The notes under the pieces are model-generated. The model ran no database searches. It was not told where the DNA came from and saw only the letters and a list, made by a program, of their open reading frames with translations. From a virus: a stretch of 64,000 nucleotides of DNA. The position numbers and the translations under genes are program-made. Shown in pieces: positions 44,660-53,479 of this stretch. Location: IMG/VR virus record IMGVR_UViG_3300050501_000129. One strand, written 5' to 3'. Position 1 is the stretch's first letter. Each line of letters opens with the position of its first letter.

Positions 44660-45467
44660 CTTCTCTCCTCGCTGTTCCCGTCTGCTCGGCCTCGAGCGCG
44701 AGCAGGTTCCTACTCATTATACCAAGCGCAAGCTCTCTCTGGTCCTCCGGTAGGCCAAGTTCATCCATAGTCAGCGTCGTCGCGCGCAGCATCAGCTGCG
44801 CCTCCAGTTCGACCTGCCGGACGAACCGCTCAGCCACACCCGCGTCGATCGCCAGCTTCGAGACACGGGCCAGCTTCTCGTGCCACAGCTCAGACTGCTT
44901 GACCCAGTGGTACAACCGGCCCGTTGGCTCCAGGTCCGCGTCGTCGTCAGCCGTGCCCAGCTTCGCCTCGCAGAACGCGAGCTTACCGGCGGCGACCCGC
45001 ACAGCCCACAGCAGGCCCTCCCACGGCGTCGTCTCCAGCGCGCGTGCAAACGCGTGTGCCACTATCCACGCTCCCGTCCCCTGTCCCAGTCGGCGCTTGT
45101 GCCGCGCGCACGCACCGATCCCCGCATGATCCGTCCCGTACCCGGCGGGCCTCTCGCAGTATTCAACCCAGCCTCCCCTTTCCGGTCCTCCCCGGCGCTG
45201 GATCGGCTCACCGCACCACGGCACATCGGGACCCTCGGCCGGCGGCCAGTTCCAGCCTAGCACCTCGATCGGCTCACCCGTGACCGGGTGCTCGATCCAG
45301 TCGCGCGTCAGCTCGACCTCTACGTGCCGGCCGTCGCGAACGAACGCCAGCGCGTCCCTCATCGAGCGCTCCTGCTCGTCCCGTTCACGCTGGGTCTCGG
45401 GCCGGCCAAAGCCCTCCCACCTGTGAGCCCAGTCGTCGTCCTGCGGCAACCGAGACCTCCCTACCAC
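44637..45467 (-). CDS. hypothetical protein (first gene after the AT-rich region)
   Basis: 276 aa, GTG start with AGGAG RBS. The C-terminal half is helical. No family recognised. Confidence 0.65.
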   Translation of the reverse strand: MVGRSRLPQDDDWAHRWEGFGRPETQRERDEQERSMRDALAFVRDGRHVEVELTRDWIEHPVTGEPIEVLGWNWPPAEGPDVPWCGEPIQRRGGPERGGWVEYCERPAGYGTDHAGIGACARHKRRLGQGTGAWIVAHAFARALETTPWEGLLWAVRVAAGKLAFCEAKLGTADDDADLEPTGRLYHWVKQSELWHEKLARVSKLAIDAGVAERFVRQVELEAQLMLRATTLTMDELGLPEDQRELALGIMSRNLLALEAEQTGTARREDELERDR

Positions 45468-45475
45468 CTGCTCCT

Positions 45476-45806
45476 GTTACGCTTCCCGTTACGTGTTGGC
45501 AAAAAGTATGTAGCCAGAAGGGACGATGATTAATTACTACAATATTTCGGACAACTTGGACATTAAGTCATATACAATAGCTACAACCGCTTTGGAGTTA
45601 ACTTCTATATAAACTAGTAAACTAGTAACAGAATATATAATAATAGATATATACTAGGTTATAATCGCAGCTCAGTAACCAAATCATATGAATGATTTGG
45701 TGTTACGTGTTGTGTTACGTGTTGCTCGGTGTTACGTGTCCAAACCAGTAACGCTCCCGGTCGCTGTTACGTGCTACGCGGCCGCTGTTACGCGGCGCGT
45801 TACGTC
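45476..45806. promoter_or_regulatory. AT-rich core flanked by eight same-orientation GTTACG(T/C)(G/T/C) repeats (origin or operator array candidate)
   Basis: Copies at 45476, 45488, 45702, 45714, 45731, 45766, 45787 and 45799; three are the exact 10-mer TGTTACGTGT. The ~200-bp core is strongly AT-rich and contains a tandem AACTAGTA x2 (45612-45627) and a 9-bp inverted repeat CCAAATCAT/ATGATTTGG (45679-45700). Confidence 0.6.
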
Positions 45807-45825
45807 TTTGACCTACGCGGGCGTC

Positions 45826-48363
45826 CTAGACCCCCGCCGAAACGAGCCGCAGCCCCAGCCGGACGCGCCGCTGGACGCCGTCCAGCCGGACCGGGTTGGG
45901 CGACGTCGTGAACCCGCGCGCCGTCAGCTCGCGACCGAAGATCGTGATGTTGCCGGCGTCGAAGCCGCGCAGCGCCGCCCAGATCTGCCACGAGCCGAAC
46001 AGGACGGATGAGTGTGACATCTCTTCGCTGCCCACGACGCAGCACTCGTCTAGCCACTGACCAATGTGATCCTCTTCCTCCCGGTACTCGGCCGTCGCCG
46101 CGTCAACGGCCGCCACGCCGCCCAGCTGTCCCAGCTGGACCCAGTCCGCCAGGCCCACGAGCGCCCAGTTCAGGATCCCCGGCAGCTCACGCTTGAGGAT
46201 CTCGTCATATCCCAGGATTCGCTGGTCCGCGCCCAGCTTCGCCGTGTACGGCACCAGCTTGAGCCGGCGCCAGATCCCGTCGTCTCCGCCGCGGATCTCC
46301 GGCTTGTGGTTGCCGGAGATCCAGACCTTGAACCGCGGCGTGTACGTGAAGAAGTCCTGCCGCATGAACCGGGCCTTGATCTGCTTGCCGGTCATCATCT
46401 TGATCCGCTGCTCCGCCAGCTTCTTCTCCCGGTCCGTCTCGTCACAGACGACCAGCCGGGCGCCCCGCAGGTCCGCCAGCTGGGTGGGATGCGCCGACGT
46501 GCTGGTGAGCAGGCTCTCGTCCCCGACGCTGGCGTACGAGCCGAGCAGCGCCAGGATGACGTCCAGAAACGTGCTCTTGCCGTTGGCGCCCGTCCCCCAC
46601 AGGAAGAACAGCTGCTGCTCGTCCGTCAGGCCGGTGAGCGTGTAGCCGACCGCGCGCCGCAGCCACGCCGCCAGGCCCGCGTCTCCCCGCGTCACGAACG
46701 CGACGTGCTGCAGCCACAGCGGGCAGGCCGCGCCGGGATCCCAGTCTACCTCCGCGCGCCGCGTGAACAGGTCGTCTGGCCGCGCCTCCCGCGCCGCGCC
46801 GGTCCGCAGGTCTAGCGCCACGCCCCCGCGCAGAGCCAGCAGCCACGGGTCCGCGTCTAGCTGGTCCGGCACCACCGCGATCCCGGGCTGCGCCGCGGCC
46901 GCGGTAAGCATCGCCTGCCGGCGCCCGACCGACTGCGACGTGTGTGCCCAGGCCTCGTGCCGGTCCCGCTCCGCGCCGTCTAGGCCGGCCGCCTCCACGT
47001 ACAGGTCCTTGACGATCTCACCGGTGAGGTAGAACACGCGGTTGAGCGCGTCTGGCGCCCAGCGCGTCCCGTCCCACAGGTACCAGCGCTGCTCACCCGT
47101 GCAGTACCGGACCACGTCCCGCATCCGCTGCGCGAACCGCTCGCCGTTGCCGGTGTCCGTCCGGCGCAGCGCCAGCTCCGGCCGGGACAGCAGCTCCGCG
47201 GCCGTCCTACCTGTTACAGTCGCTTCCTGACGGGAATCATGAAGCTCCCCGTTCACGGTCCCGGACTCGGCAAGGCTCGCTGAGTTCGGGACCGTTCCTA
47301 TCAGACCGGCTGGCGGTCGCCACGCCGGTACGTCCGCGACGTCCTCCGGCTTGACCTCGTCCCAGACGCGGTTCAGCTTGTAGACGCAGGCCTCCCAGCC
47401 GAACTCGTCCCCGGCCGGGTTCTCCATCCGCAGCCACTCGCGGCGCAGGGCCTCCGCGGCGTCCTCTATCGCCGCGCCCGCCCGGCGCAGCCGGAAGCAC
47501 AGGTCGTTGACGAAGTAGTCCCGGTGTCCCGCCGGGCAGCCGTCACCGGCGACGATTCTCCTAAAGTCATAGTCGTCTGGCACGGCGGGCGCACCCGCGC
47601 CGGACCGGCGCGTCACGTACCGGCCGCCCCTCACGGTGAGCAGCCACGCCAGCAGCTCCTGTGAAACGTACGGCGGCTCGACGTCCCTGATCACCGCGTA
47701 GAAGCCGCCCGAGACGTGCGCCGACGGCGGCACCAGGACATAGCCGCCGTCCGCCTTGACGTCGATCGCGGGCAGCACGCGGTTGCCGGACTTGACGCGG
47801 ACGTCCGGGTCTACCCGCAGCCACAGGTGCAGGCCGCCGGAGCCCGTTCTAATCACGCGGGAGTTCGCCGGCAGGCTGGTACCCTTCGTCCACGTCTCCC
47901 AGTCGTCTAGGACCTCTATGCCGGTTGGGAGGTCCGTCCGGGTCTGGCGGGCCTCCGCGTCTATGACGACCAGGCCACGACCGGTCGCTACGGCCAGGTT
48001 CCAGGGGATCCAGTCTGGCTCGTCTCGGACGCGGAACCAGTCCGCGACGGCGACCGGGTCCGTGACGGCGTCATTGTGGCCGTGTGGGACGAGCCAGCCG
48101 ACGGGGTGCTTGGCCGGGTTGTTGCAGGCCGGCCGGCAGCACGTGCACCGCGCGACGCGCCGCGGCTCACCGTCCGGGCCGGGCTCGGTTACCCAGCGGA
48201 CCGAGTGCACCGGAAAGACGCGGATCCCGCGCGCGGCCAGCGCCCGCGCCTCCCGTAGGATCTCCTCTCCCTGTGTTGCGGCGTCTAGCGGCTCTTGTGG
48301 TAGATTGGGCAACGGGAGACCCTCCTTAAGTTGTTTCGCTTGCCGACGTCCTCCCCAGGTCAC
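45826..48363 (-). CDS. bifunctional primase-polymerase / SF3 (P4, D5-type) helicase
   Basis: 845 aa. N-terminal prim-pol-like region (RGIRVFPVH...DGGYVLVPPS). C-terminal Walker A in FFLWGTGANGKSTF and Walker B in LVVCDE. Confidence 0.85.
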   Translation of the reverse strand: MTWGGRRQAKQLKEGLPLPNLPQEPLDAATQGEEILREARALAARGIRVFPVHSVRWVTEPGPDGEPRRVARCTCCRPACNNPAKHPVGWLVPHGHNDAVTDPVAVADWFRVRDEPDWIPWNLAVATGRGLVVIDAEARQTRTDLPTGIEVLDDWETWTKGTSLPANSRVIRTGSGGLHLWLRVDPDVRVKSGNRVLPAIDVKADGGYVLVPPSAHVSGGFYAVIRDVEPPYVSQELLAWLLTVRGGRYVTRRSGAGAPAVPDDYDFRRIVAGDGCPAGHRDYFVNDLCFRLRRAGAAIEDAAEALRREWLRMENPAGDEFGWEACVYKLNRVWDEVKPEDVADVPAWRPPAGLIGTVPNSASLAESGTVNGELHDSRQEATVTGRTAAELLSRPELALRRTDTGNGERFAQRMRDVVRYCTGEQRWYLWDGTRWAPDALNRVFYLTGEIVKDLYVEAAGLDGAERDRHEAWAHTSQSVGRRQAMLTAAAAQPGIAVVPDQLDADPWLLALRGGVALDLRTGAAREARPDDLFTRRAEVDWDPGAACPLWLQHVAFVTRGDAGLAAWLRRAVGYTLTGLTDEQQLFFLWGTGANGKSTFLDVILALLGSYASVGDESLLTSTSAHPTQLADLRGARLVVCDETDREKKLAEQRIKMMTGKQIKARFMRQDFFTYTPRFKVWISGNHKPEIRGGDDGIWRRLKLVPYTAKLGADQRILGYDEILKRELPGILNWALVGLADWVQLGQLGGVAAVDAATAEYREEEDHIGQWLDECCVVGSEEMSHSSVLFGSWQIWAALRGFDAGNITIFGRELTARGFTTSPNPVRLDGVQRRVRLGLRLVSAGV

Positions 48364-48546
48364 CGGCCGGAACGCGGGACGGGGACGTACGGACCGGACC
48401 GGCTACGAACTGGCCCGGCACGGACGTTCCCTCCCGGTTCTCCTGATTCTATCCCCGTCTCCTGCGGACACGTTGCCACAGAGGAGCGTATCTTCCGGAC
48501 GCGTTGTACGATCTAGATGTCGCAACTGAGTGAAAAGGAGAGAAAA
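48364..48546. promoter_or_regulatory. divergent intergenic region (leftward and rightward promoters expected)
   Basis: 183 nt separate the divergently oriented primase gene and gene 48547. No hexamers could be assigned confidently. Confidence 0.4.
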
Positions 48547-49032
48547 GTGAACAAGACCGATAAGATCACCCAGACCGCTACCGACGCCGCCGGCCCGACG
48601 CGGACCGTCCGGCTGGCTGGCCGTGACGGCCAGGAGTACAGCTTCACCGGCTACGCGCTGGGCGTCGCCACCAGCCGCGCCGACCAGCACACTCACAGCA
48701 CGCGCTACGCCGCGCCCGGTGACAAGTGCTCCGCCTGCCGCTGGTTCTCGGTCGGGATCTACCGCGTCTTCGCTGAACCGACCGGCTCCGGTGAGCGGCT
48801 CAAGCCGCGCGGCTATGTCGTCCAGACCGTCGGGGAGTCCGTCATCCCGGGAGAGCAGCGTCTGGCACGCGTCGAGGAGACGCCCAGCGCCTACGACGTG
48901 CTCGAGCTGCTGACGGTCCGGCGTCGCGGCGCCGAGCCGTTCATCACCAGCCAGTCGCTGCGCGCGCTGGCGCAGGCCGCGCGGCTGGACGAGGACCTGC
49001 GTGACGCGTACATCAACCGCGCGGTGGTGTAA
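48547..49032 (+). CDS. hypothetical protein (CxxC)
   Basis: GTG 48547 lies 6 nt after AAGGAGAG. 161 aa. No family recognised. Confidence 0.65.
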   Translation: MNKTDKITQTATDAAGPTRTVRLAGRDGQEYSFTGYALGVATSRADQHTHSTRYAAPGDKCSACRWFSVGIYRVFAEPTGSGERLKPRGYVVQTVGESVIPGEQRLARVEETPSAYDVLELLTVRRRGAEPFITSQSLRALAQAARLDEDLRDAYINRAVV

Positions 49033-49037
49033 TTAAC

Positions 49038-49277
49038 ATGACACTTGTCCAGGTCATCCACAACCTCGCCTGGCTCGGCACAGCGACCGGTGCCGTCATC
49101 CTGACGCTTGGTCTCGGCGCGCTGCTAGGCGTCTTTCGCAACACCGACGACGGCTACCAGCCGGTCGGTGAACCAGCTCCTTCCCCGCCGCGCACGTCGC
49201 CGTTCGCTAGGCCTTCCCCGTGCGGTGACGGCGACGAGCCCGGCCGCAGCCGCGCGGCAGGGGAGGTCCAACCGTGA
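49038..49277 (+). CDS. small membrane protein
   Basis: 79 aa with an N-terminal TM segment and a Pro-rich tail. Confidence 0.5.
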   Translation: MTLVQVIHNLAWLGTATGAVILTLGLGALLGVFRNTDDGYQPVGEPAPSPPRTSPFARPSPCGDGDEPGRSRAAGEVQP

Positions 49278-49567
49278 ACCCATACCGCTCCGGCGCGGTG
49301 GTCGACTACGTGCAGGGCACCGGCGGCCGGATCAGCGATCTACCGGGATATATGCTCGACGCGGCGGCCAAGGTCATAACATACGTGCATCCGCGCCAGC
49401 TGACGTGGCGGGTCGCTGACCAGCTCGTCTCCGGCCGGTTCGTCCGGTCGTCTCACCCGAGGCTCCGCGACGTCCGCGACGCCGCTGACCTGCGCCGCCG
49501 GCGCCGCCGGGGCAACATGATACTATGTTCATCTGAACTTGAAGATGATACGATGGATACCAGATAA
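49274..49567 (+). CDS. hypothetical protein
   Basis: GTGA overlap with the upstream gene. 97 aa. Confidence 0.45.
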   Translation: MNPYRSGAVVDYVQGTGGRISDLPGYMLDAAAKVITYVHPRQLTWRVADQLVSGRFVRSSHPRLRDVRDAADLRRRRRRGNMILCSSELEDDTMDTR

Positions 49568-49633
49568 GAGTTCGCGGGCGGTCGTTGGCGCTCGGGTTGC
49601 GGCCGCTCGTAGTTACGTGATACAACTGGATAC

Positions 49634-49709
49634 CGCGGAGTGGTGCAGCTCGGTCGTGCACGCCAGTCTCATAAGCTGGAGGTCGCCGGTTCGAATCCGG
49701 CCTCCGCGT
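49634..49709 (+). tRNA. tRNA-Met type (anticodon CAU; elongator or Ile-lysidine type)
   Basis: Hand-folded 76-nt cloverleaf: acceptor CGCGGAG/CTCCGCG, D stem GTGC/GCAC, anticodon stem CCAGT/GCTGG with loop CTCATAA, T arm GCCGG-TTCGAAT-CCGGC. C1-G72 is paired, so it is not initiator-like. Confidence 0.85.
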
Positions 49710-50031
49710 CGGGAAGATCCCCGGCCGTCGGCGGCCGTCGGGAATAGCAGGCTCGAGCGGAACAGACCGGTCCGAGACCATCCGGCGTCTTCCCGCGAGC
49801 CACAACTTAAGACTTAGGCCTACGTAGCCCCACGTGTCGGCTCTCTGGACGGGTTGAAGAGGGACGCATTCGTCTGGACCCAGCAGCGGCGTGACGGTGG
49901 CTTCAGTCCCGCGGCAGCTACGGTTAACGGGATGCGATGGAAGCGGCGTGCGCCGGCGCAAGGATATGGCGCTTCTCGGGTAAGGATTCCACCGGCGCAC
50001 AGAAGATGACCAGAGAAGAGAGGAGTGACAG

Positions 50032-50277
50032 GTGAATGAAAACGTCTCTGCAGCTGAGCAGGCCGTGATCGCGTATCACGAGATGCGCCGGTCTCTGCGC
50101 AGCTTCGCGAGCCTCGAGGCCGACATCGCGGCGCGGCGCGCGGCCGACCGGCTGCCGCCCAACGTCGAGACTATGCTGTCAGCTGAGCGTGACTCACACC
50201 GCAACCGCGCCCTGCTGTTCGCCGCGGTCTATCACGTTGAGCGTGACGTGGCTACGCACGGCCGCGTCCTGTGGTAG
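50032..50277 (+). CDS. hypothetical protein
   Basis: 81 aa, GTG start after GAGAGGAG. Confidence 0.5.
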   Translation: MNENVSAAEQAVIAYHEMRRSLRSFASLEADIAARRAADRLPPNVETMLSAERDSHRNRALLFAAVYHVERDVATHGRVLW

Positions 50278-50333
50278 GATCACCGCTAAGTGCAATGATG
50301 TACAGTCATCCAGACAGAGAGAAGTGAAAAGTT

Positions 50334-51257
50334 ATGGGAAACGTCAACGGCTGGCAGCGTAACTTCATACTACGTTGCGAGGCAGTCGGCTGGAGCGTCG
50401 AGCGCGGCGGATCCGATCACTACAAGGTCAAGGATCAGAACGGTAAGTTCCTGTTCTCGTTCGGATCGACGTCCAGCGACCAGCACGCGCTGAAGAAGAC
50501 CGTCGCCGACGCCAAGCGCGCCGGCATCGAGCAGCTCGAGACGCTCGCCAAGCTGCGCGCCGAGCACGAGCGACTGACGCGCATCGAGACGGACCGGCAG
50601 GCCAACGCCGTCGCACTGGCTAAGGTCACAGAAAATCTGACGTCAAGCGTCACCCTAGGTGACGTCGACGGCGTCACAATCATCGCGACCGCACCGGCTA
50701 AGATCAAGACACCGGTTACGCCGGTACCGAAGGCGCTCACCGATGGTGAGGAGCTGCTGCTGGCAGACGACCGTGTGGTGTACCGGTGCCTCAAACCCGC
50801 GGCTACGGTCAGTCACCCCGAACTTACGGGTGTCTGCCACCGTATCTTCGAGACGGCTAGCAGCCTCAGCGTGCATATCTCATATCACAGTCGCACGTCA
50901 CTTCCTCCAATGACACGGAAGGGACACACCAAACCAGTGAGGGAGCTGAGTGTGCAGACAGACGTTAAGCCAGACCCGACCGCTGACGCCGCGCCGGTGA
51001 AGTCAACGACGAAATCAACGGCGAAGTCAACGGCGAAGTCCGCGACATCAGGCCCCGCGCTTGCGCTCGCGCAGCGGATCGAGACCGCAATCAAGATGAT
51101 CGACCGCGTGGCAGCCACCGCGGCTACGCTCAAGCTTGACCTCACCGGCATCAAAGATGACCTGGTAATGCTGCCGGTCGTCGATCCCGAGGTTACCGAA
51201 AAGGCGCGTCAGTTCGATACCCTCCGGGGCATCTTCACCGGACAGACCGACAGCTAG
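50334..51257 (+). CDS. hypothetical protein with Lys/Ser/Thr tandem repeat
   Basis: 307 aa. The N-terminal ~50 aa (GGSDHYKVKDQNGKFLFSF) are faintly HicA/YcfA-like. A 12-nt tandem repeat at about 51001-51048 encodes (KSTx)4. Confidence 0.6.
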   Translation: MGNVNGWQRNFILRCEAVGWSVERGGSDHYKVKDQNGKFLFSFGSTSSDQHALKKTVADAKRAGIEQLETLAKLRAEHERLTRIETDRQANAVALAKVTENLTSSVTLGDVDGVTIIATAPAKIKTPVTPVPKALTDGEELLLADDRVVYRCLKPAATVSHPELTGVCHRIFETASSLSVHISYHSRTSLPPMTRKGHTKPVRELSVQTDVKPDPTADAAPVKSTTKSTAKSTAKSATSGPALALAQRIETAIKMIDRVAATAATLKLDLTGIKDDLVMLPVVDPEVTEKARQFDTLRGIFTGQTDS

Positions 51258-51337
51258 GATAGCAACCGGCGCGCGGCGCGGCGCAGCGCGGCGTTGCGCC
51301 ACGCGCCGTCTCATATTCCAGGTGAGGAAAGAAGCTT

Positions 51338-51844
51338 ATGAACGTTATCACCGCTACGCCCGAGACGGGATCTCCGGCAGCCACCGGCGAGCTTGGTCTC
51401 TCTTTCATCGACGGTGAGTCCACCCTGGTGATCGACGTTACCCCGGTCTCGACGCCTGATTCAGTCGTGTCACCGGCTCCGCGTAAGGGCATCCTAGCGC
51501 GCGTCGCGTGTGCCATGCGCGTCGCAGCCGGTACGCTCGCGCGACTAGCTGGTGTCCTGGTGCGCGCGGTGACGCGCGGCTGCGTCGCTATACGGTACGA
51601 GACGTCTCGAACGCTACGAGCTCATTCATACCGGCCGCGACACGTGACGCGCCGGACGTGGTACGCCCGCCAGCGCTCGACCTGCCAGTACAACGCCGCG
51701 CGTCGCGAGCAGGCCAAGGAGGGTGAATTACGTTACCCGCCCGAGTTCATCAGCCTGCTTGAGACGTTCGTTGAGACGCTGCGCTGCGAGGAAGATGTAC
51801 TACATCCCACCCGACCGCCAGGGAGACACTTCATATGCTCGTAA
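51338..51844 (+). CDS. hypothetical protein
   Basis: 168 aa track ORF with GAGGAAAG RBS. Confidence 0.5.
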   Translation: MNVITATPETGSPAATGELGLSFIDGESTLVIDVTPVSTPDSVVSPAPRKGILARVACAMRVAAGTLARLAGVLVRAVTRGCVAIRYETSRTLRAHSYRPRHVTRRTWYARQRSTCQYNAARREQAKEGELRYPPEFISLLETFVETLRCEEDVLHPTRPPGRHFICS

Positions 51845-52425
51845 TTTTTGAAGAAACGCGTATGCTACAATAAAAATTATGGATTTACATGCGCAAGTAG
51901 ATGATCTTTTTCCAGGCGATAAGAGAACAATGATAAGAATTCTTGTCCACGCTCTTATCGATTTAGAACAAATTACATCACTGGACTGTATGTGGAGTTT
52001 GTGTGTACTTCCCGGTATACCTCTTTCTCCTGCAGGTACGCGTAAAGCATGTGCAACATTAGATCACATTCAAGCACGTACAAACGGTGGATCGGACCAC
52101 TGGCGCAACGTTCAACTACTTCATCATACATGTAACATGCGTAAAAGTCATGATTTCACTGAAGAACATAGACAAAAAATTAGTGATGCGGTGCGTAAAC
52201 GCTGGCAAGATCCTGAGTATCGAGCCACTGTTGCGCCTAAAGTTGCAGCAAAACTTCGTGACCCAGAAGTAAGAAAACGAAAAAGTGAAGCAATGAAACG
52301 CCACTGGGCTGATCCTGAACGTAAAGCACAGCACTCAGCTAAGCTTGCACGCGGTGAAGACTGGCGAAGGGCAAGAAGTTAACTATGTTAATAATATTGG
52401 AAGGTCCTGATGGTTCTGGCAAGTC
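51845..52425 (+). mobile_element. AT-rich island carrying a free-standing HNH homing endonuclease
   Basis: There is an abrupt drop in GC by eye from the stop at 51844 to about 52425. The island contains the HNH ORF and extends into the first ~13 codons of the next gene. Confidence 0.65.
51879..52382 (+). CDS. HNH homing endonuclease with NUMOD-like C-terminal repeats
   Basis: 167 aa. HNH core LDHIQARTNGGSDHWRNVQLLHHTCNMRK. Repeated basic helices (EEHRQKISDAVRKRWQDPEYR, RKRKSEAMKRHWADPERK). Confidence 0.85.
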   Translation: MDLHAQVDDLFPGDKRTMIRILVHALIDLEQITSLDCMWSLCVLPGIPLSPAGTRKACATLDHIQARTNGGSDHWRNVQLLHHTCNMRKSHDFTEEHRQKISDAVRKRWQDPEYRATVAPKVAAKLRDPEVRKRKSEAMKRHWADPERKAQHSAKLARGEDWRRARS

Positions 52426-53479
52426 GACGCTGGCGCAGGAGATCGCCGCCGAGCTGGGCCGGACGACCAGCGACAGGGTCGAGATCTGGCACCGCGGCCG
52501 GCCGACCGGTCACCCGCTAGACGAGTACCTGCGGCCGCTGTACGGCTACCGACCCGGCACCGGTTACCACCTGATCCTGGACCGCTGGCACTGGGGCGAG
52601 GTCGTCTATCCGAAGATTCTCAACCGGCCGACGAGCCAGAACAGCGCTGTCTTCTGGGCGATTGAGGCGTATCTGCTGCGACTCGGTGCGTTGGTCATTA
52701 ACTGTGACAATAACTTCACGTTCCAGTATCACAACATCTACCGTGAACGCGAGCTTGACGGTACTTCCGACGCCTGGCAGATCACTCACTTGAACCGGAT
52801 TCGTGACGAGTTTTCTCGTATGATCTATCGCTCGGCGCTACCGTCGTTGACGTATTCCTACGGCCACGACCCCCAACCCAATATCATCGACTTAGCGCGC
52901 CGCTACGAGACTCAGGCACGTGAGCTCAACGACTTCGTGACGTACTCTGGTCCGGTCAAACCTCACATGCTGCTGCTCGGTGACGTTCGCAACCTGCAGC
53001 CGATCGATCCACTGAACTCACCGGCATTCGTTCCCACCAAGCAGTCGTCCGGTCACTTCCTACTCAAGTCGTTGACGTCTCTAACGTCCCGCACATGGGT
53101 GCACGGCGTCGGACTGGCCAACGTCAACGACGTCGACAACGTGTATAAACTATGGCAGACTCTCGGGCAGCCGTCAGTCGTCGCGCTTGGTAGGAAAGCC
53201 CACGCCCGTACTCTCTACGTGCTAAACCAGGAATATGGTGTCGTTCCCCATCCCCAGTACGTCCGCCGGTTTCACCACGGTAAAAGTGAGCAGTACGGCT
53301 GGCTCATCTGTCAGGCCAGCCAGACGAGAGAGGACTACAGCAAGTGGCCACAGTCATCCACGCCCGTGACGGGCGAACCGCCTACGTCGATGTCATCACC
53401 AAGCTCCGGCTCTTTGGCGTCAGCCGACCCAGTCGCAACGGCCCGACCCGTGACCTCGGACACACCACTATCATCCTAG
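52385..53479 (+). CDS. thymidylate/dNMP kinase-like P-loop domain fused to a UDG-superfamily-like domain
   Basis: 364 aa. N-terminus has ILEGPDGSGKST and LDRWHWGEVVY (Tmk-like P-loop and DR motif). The C-terminal ~170 aa have the UDG family-4-like layout (LLLGDVRN...PAFVP..SSGHFLL; VGLANVN; VPHPQYVRR) with altered catalytic residues. Confidence 0.7.
   Translation: MLIILEGPDGSGKSTLAQEIAAELGRTTSDRVEIWHRGRPTGHPLDEYLRPLYGYRPGTGYHLILDRWHWGEVVYPKILNRPTSQNSAVFWAIEAYLLRLGALVINCDNNFTFQYHNIYRERELDGTSDAWQITHLNRIRDEFSRMIYRSALPSLTYSYGHDPQPNIIDLARRYETQARELNDFVTYSGPVKPHMLLLGDVRNLQPIDPLNSPAFVPTKQSSGHFLLKSLTSLTSRTWVHGVGLANVNDVDNVYKLWQTLGQPSVVALGRKAHARTLYVLNQEYGVVPHPQYVRRFHHGKSEQYGWLICQASQTREDYSKWPQSSTPVTGEPPTSMSSPSSGSLASADPVATARPVTSDTPLSS

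Noticed and set aside
45476-45806. Possible CRISPR array, because of the short direct repeats
   Set aside because: The repeats are only 8-10 nt with irregular 12-35-nt spacing, and no cas genes are present. This is inconsistent with CRISPR.
45688-46011. 107-aa plus-strand ORF starting in the AT-rich region
   Set aside because: Its 5' part is simply the GTTACGTG repeat array read as codons (VLRV VLRV..). Its 3' part is antisense to the primase gene.
46066-48529. Several long plus-strand ORFs (46066..46815, 46193..46645, 47756..48529)
   Set aside because: All lie antisense within the primase/helicase gene and have Arg/Pro-rich low-complexity translations. They are shadow ORFs.
49634-50031. 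tRNA-Met as a phage attachment site implying a temperate lifestyle
   Set aside because: No integrase, excisionase or repressor was recognised anywhere in the window, so the idea is unsupported here. It is kept only as a low-interest check.
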